Source: Mytilus trossulus (lineage: Eukaryota). From it: DNA of 64,000 nt. Positions within the stretch are counted from its first letter, which is position 1. Each line of letters starts with the position of its first letter. Positions 61,801 through 64,000 of the stretch are shown here, one piece after another. The DNA is taken from assembly GCF_036588685.1 (NCBI RefSeq), contig NC_086380.1, positions 29,326,001-29,390,000 of the forward strand. Reading direction: 5' to 3'. The notes beneath the pieces were generated by a model, which saw nothing but the letters and a program-made list of their open reading frames with translations, was not told the origin of the DNA and made no database searches. A program made the translations under genes and the position numbers.

Positions 61801-64000
61801 TGAATCAAGCAACAGAAGCATAATAAATGTCTTTGGTGAGAAACTCATTCTTGACATTGATAAGCTGACATCACAGAGCTCAACACAATAAAGGACATTT
61901 GAGTATAATGTTCACATAAAGAGAGACTGACGATGCAAAAGTGATATGCAGACTCGCATACTAACAGAAAATTCAATATTAAAAAAAAACACCTGAAAAT
62001 AGGAGCAGTCAATATTGATTTTATATCAGCGCGTGTAGATCTAAGGAATAAGATAATACAGTTACACAGATAAAATTATATAACTTCATACAAGTGGTGT
62101 CCCAAGTTGATATAATGTATACATCAATATGTAAACATAAATGTCCTTTTTTCTTGTTTAAAGGTTTTACTATCTAATTAAATAATATGCATACAGAAAT
62201 AAACACACGAAACATAATATATAAATAAGAAGTACTGTTTCACATATGATTTTTGATTTGATTGTGTACATGTTGTTCGATTGATTTGAAAACTTTTTCT
62301 CTGTTTTCAGTTCAAGGACACATTTGTCTTTCTTGTTATTTTAACAGTTATCATGACGAGCTACAATGTGTCATATCATTCCTTGCTCTACCCAAACTCT
62401 GAACTTAGTTGGGCAGAGATAGAGAATGTAATGCAGAATGGTTATTGGACGCTTTTTGGAGAAGTTGGGTTAATAGACAGCGAAACACGTGGGTTAACTA
62501 ATAATCTAATAAACTGTTAAGCTCATCTCTCAACTTTGTGTGTGTTTCCGTTATGTCTATGTTTTCATTTAAGCTGTTGTTGTCATTCAAACTCGTATGC
62601 TATCAAATTTTATCACTGAATTAACAAAAACTGTTCTAGGAAGATTTCCCTTTATGTGAAAAGTTCAGTTCTGACTTAGATGACGTCTCGCAACATGACA
62701 CACTATAGAAAGTAACATACTTTGAACCAATAGAGCATGAAAGAGTATTCTATGGAAATTTATCTCAATAATTTTGACAAATTCATGTACAATGATGTAT
62801 TGATCACACAGTTCTTCGAAACTATCGTTAGCAATATGAATAAATTTTAGATTTGTCAAGTTCTAGAAATGTTAATCTGTTTGTATTTTTTCGTTTAAAC
62901 AAACAAGAGCTGAAATTATCTTAATTTACTTTTAGTATCTGATTGTACTGACGACAAAAACATTTACACTAGTAGTAACCATACACTGAAACGGGATAGA
63001 TGTCCGACGCATTTGGGAATACACATTTCACCATATTTGAAAGCCCTCTATGGTTTGATTGCAGTGATTATACTTTTGAATTTGCTCATAGCAATCTACA
63101 GGTAAGATTTCAAACAGGTGATATTGATAGTTAGGATCATTTGGTATAATATCTGTTTAATAGAGCAAGTTCAGCAGTTAAGTATAATATTTATTAAAAA
63201 TAAACTCATCATAGATACCAGGACTAAATTTTGTATATGTGCAAGAAGCGCGTTTCGTCTACAAAAGACTCACCAGTAAAGCTCGAATCCAAAAAGAATA
63301 TTAAGGCCAAATAAAGTACAAAATCGCTATGGTTAGATGTTGAACTCAATGAATAAATGTTAAAAATACTAATTGTTCAACCTAAACTAACAGTCATGAA
63401 CTATGTTGGTTTAACATGTTCAATACCACAATTTATATTCCTATATTAGTCTTTGTTAAATTTGCACTTTTCAAAAAATTGTCAACAAATTATCTGTATT
63501 TCAAATAAAGAAATACTTGTCATGTTTTTTCCGGTCCAGTACTATACACAAACTTTCACAAAATACTTCATTGTATAAGATAATATACTCATCACTAGAA
63601 GTTAACCAATCAAATTGTCACCTATTTTTCATCCGTGTACAAATTTTAGTACACAAATAACCTCAATATTTAGAAATATTCTATAGGAACACCCAAATGA
63701 AAAAATAATGCTGACTTAAAACACTAAGATATATGTTCATGATCCAGAAATGCTTGACTGTAATGTAATGTAGAATTAAATTTTCACAAATGTCAAATCC
63801 GGGGAATACTTTATGTAGACCTTTTTTTTGGCAAGCAACCGGATGTGACGTACAATAATTTGATAGTTTTACACCTGTAACTCTTCTTTAATATGAAATA
63901 TATACTTCTGTACATCTTGTTAAAAGTCATATACATAGATTATGATGCTGATACTAGACGAATATTTTCAGTGATACATATAAAAAAGTGAATGATGAAT
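28883..64000 (+). CDS. Divergent TRPM-like cation channel with N-terminal Mib/Herc2 repeats and ZZ zinc finger (3'-partial, about 1270 aa in window)
   Basis: In-phase GT-AG exon chain: 28883-29023, 30000-30090, 30908-31084, 33095-33217, 33853-34036, 34679-34857, 35775-35951, 38045-38216, 38976-39082, 42416-42562, 44112-44164, 44745-44889, 45274-45380, 46706-46796, 47249-47361, 47605-47824, 48329-48357, 49508-49636, 51827-51917, 52645-52751, 54405-54508, 55061-55298, 57686-57771, 59101-59149, 59772-59903, 61071-61316, 62311-62488, 62936-63101, 63972->64000. TRPM hallmarks: ILVGCKIL, LHKMWYG, NEIKQ, WNLLD, LGPKLVIIQKM, YWTLFGEV, LLNLLIAIYSDTY. The middle exons (44-52 kb) and the start codon are least certain. 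Confidence 0.85.
30908..35951 (+). CDS. Array of five paralogous exons, each encoding a shortened Mib/Herc2-like (SH3-like) repeat
   Basis: Exons 30908-31084, 33095-33217, 33853-34036, 34679-34857 and 35775-35951 share SRVV...LGTIV.V....V.VQWD...EKV...DLRL.DNAP. This matches Mind bomb ARVV...GTV...VVVWD...DLRILDSAPTG. Confidence 0.8.
35038..35138. repeat. Long imperfect hairpin (MITE-like)
   Basis: agataatcattggtcacctcaac..gattg..tttctcgcttt [gccgttacggc] aaagcgagaaa..caat..gttgagatgatcaacgataatct. Confidence 0.75.
36187..37068 (+). mobile_element. Helentron-associated non-autonomous element (HINE / DINE-1 / pearl-like)
   Basis: 5' sub-terminal repeat ttcacct with nearby partner aagtgag, (gtc)n microsatellite, degenerate internal repeats (ggagttattgccctttatagtca twice), 3' aggtgagcga plus short hairpin before ctagtt. 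Confidence 0.7.
38045..38216 (+). CDS. ZZ-type zinc finger exon (Mind bomb-like)
   Basis: Translates GVKHANVTCDECYTYPLRGIRWKCLHCDSYDLCTVCYMVDEHNVNHIFSRI, with 6 Cys and 2 His ligands in ZZ spacing. The supplied ORF 38072-38299 is in the wrong frame. Confidence 0.93.
40260..40932 (-). mobile_element. tRNA-derived (SINE-like) element as a partial tandem (period 441 bp) between TA-repeat flanks
   Basis: Identical segments of about 230 bp at 40261-40492 and 40702-40932. The minus strand carries A-box tggtcgtgtgg and B-box ggttcgaatcc (tRNA-like 40335-40428 and 40776-40869) but has a poor acceptor stem. Confidence 0.75.
40942..41790 (-). mobile_element. Partial-tandem repeat element (period 549 bp) carrying a hammerhead ribozyme; Penelope-dependent/retrozyme-like
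   Basis: Near-identical direct repeats of about 300 bp at 40942-41245 and 41491-41790, with a hammerhead in the spacer and (TA)n at both flanks. Confidence 0.75.
41306..41347 (-). ncRNA. Minimal type I hammerhead ribozyme, second sequence family
   Basis: Minus strand catca-CTGAAGA-gaca tatat tgtc-GAAA-tctag-ATC-tggtg. Stems I and II pair; stem III is the palindrome ATCTAGAT. Confidence 0.85.
42886..43467. mobile_element. Non-autonomous TIR DNA transposon (about 35-bp TIRs)
   Basis: aaaggagtaggggcattaaggcc..tttggccca ... tgggccaaa..ggccttattgcccctactccttt. Internal inverted pair gtgcgca.ccaagaaacaactt / aagttgtttcttgggtgcgcac. Confidence 0.85.
45421..46378 (+). mobile_element. Helentron-associated element (HINE/pearl-like) with about 4.8 tandem 168-bp internal repeats
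   Basis: 5' tatacccccgc with inverted partner aggggggtata, (gtcc/gtca)n microsatellite, 168-bp units from about 45520 to 46320, 3' gcgggggtat plus gtgagcagtagcttgc hairpin, T-rich flanks. Confidence 0.85.
49766..49807 (+). ncRNA. Hammerhead ribozyme motif with damaged stem II (retrozyme fragment about 49715-49842)
   Basis: cgtca-CTGATGA-ttcg tatgt agac-GAAA-cgcgc-GTC-tggcg. Confidence 0.55.
50889..51016. repeat. 21-bp minisatellite, about 6 copies
   Basis: Unit atacttgaccaaatctgaacc with variants. Confidence 0.85.
57615..57656 (+). ncRNA. Minimal type I hammerhead ribozyme motif, sense to the TRPM-like pre-mRNA
   Basis: cgtca-CTGATGA-gtct gatgt agac-GAAA-cgcgt-GTT-tggcg. Ends 29 nt before exon start 57686. 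Confidence 0.72.
57686..63101 (+). CDS. Pre-S1 and S1-S6 transmembrane/pore exons of the TRPM-like channel
   Basis: Hydrophobic exons 57686-57771, 59101-59149, 59772-59903, 61071-61316, 62311-62488 and 62936-63101. Filter LFGEV, pore-loop Cys pair (SDCTD...RCP) and S6 LLNLLIA. Confidence 0.92.
58146..58700 (+). repeat. Long copy of the abundant SINE-like interspersed repeat
   Basis: atagatataggaagatgtggtgtgagtgccaatgagacaactctccatcc...; shorter copies occur elsewhere in the window (see 5372). Confidence 0.8.
63199..63320 (-). repeat. Retrozyme-family fragment with mutated hammerhead core
   Basis: Minus strand reads ctGGtga-gtct tttgt agac-gaaa-cgcgc. A similar inactive copy lies at 12086-12130. 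Confidence 0.7.

Overview
AT-rich, intron-containing animal genomic DNA. Repeat families and gene content point to a bivalve, probably Mytilus-like (inference). Three + strand protein genes are supported. (1) A single-coding-exon Mab-21/cGAS-like receptor (cGLR) with an intact catalytic triad and a long helical C-terminus (1784-4075). (2) A 9-exon, 327-aa PLP-dependent serine/aspartate racemase family gene (8170-18558). (3) A large gene of at least 29 exons (28883 to beyond 64000) that splices in frame into about 1270 aa. It begins with a Mind bomb-derived module (five tandem exon-encoded Mib/Herc2-like repeats, a ZZ zinc finger, a sixth Mib/Herc2-like repeat) and continues into a divergent TRPM-type cation channel. 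This MZM-TRPM chimera is the best candidate for an undescribed system. The non-coding DNA holds many minimal type I hammerhead ribozyme motifs from at least two sequence families, including a complete 347-nt retrozyme-like monomer with a compensatory base-pair change. It also holds Helentron/Helitron-type and TIR non-autonomous transposons, Penelope-like RT fragments and a duplicated tRNA-derived element. Most short ORFs in the supplied track are spurious or are single exons read into introns. All exon boundaries were deduced by eye from GT-AG sites and phase continuity, not from transcripts.
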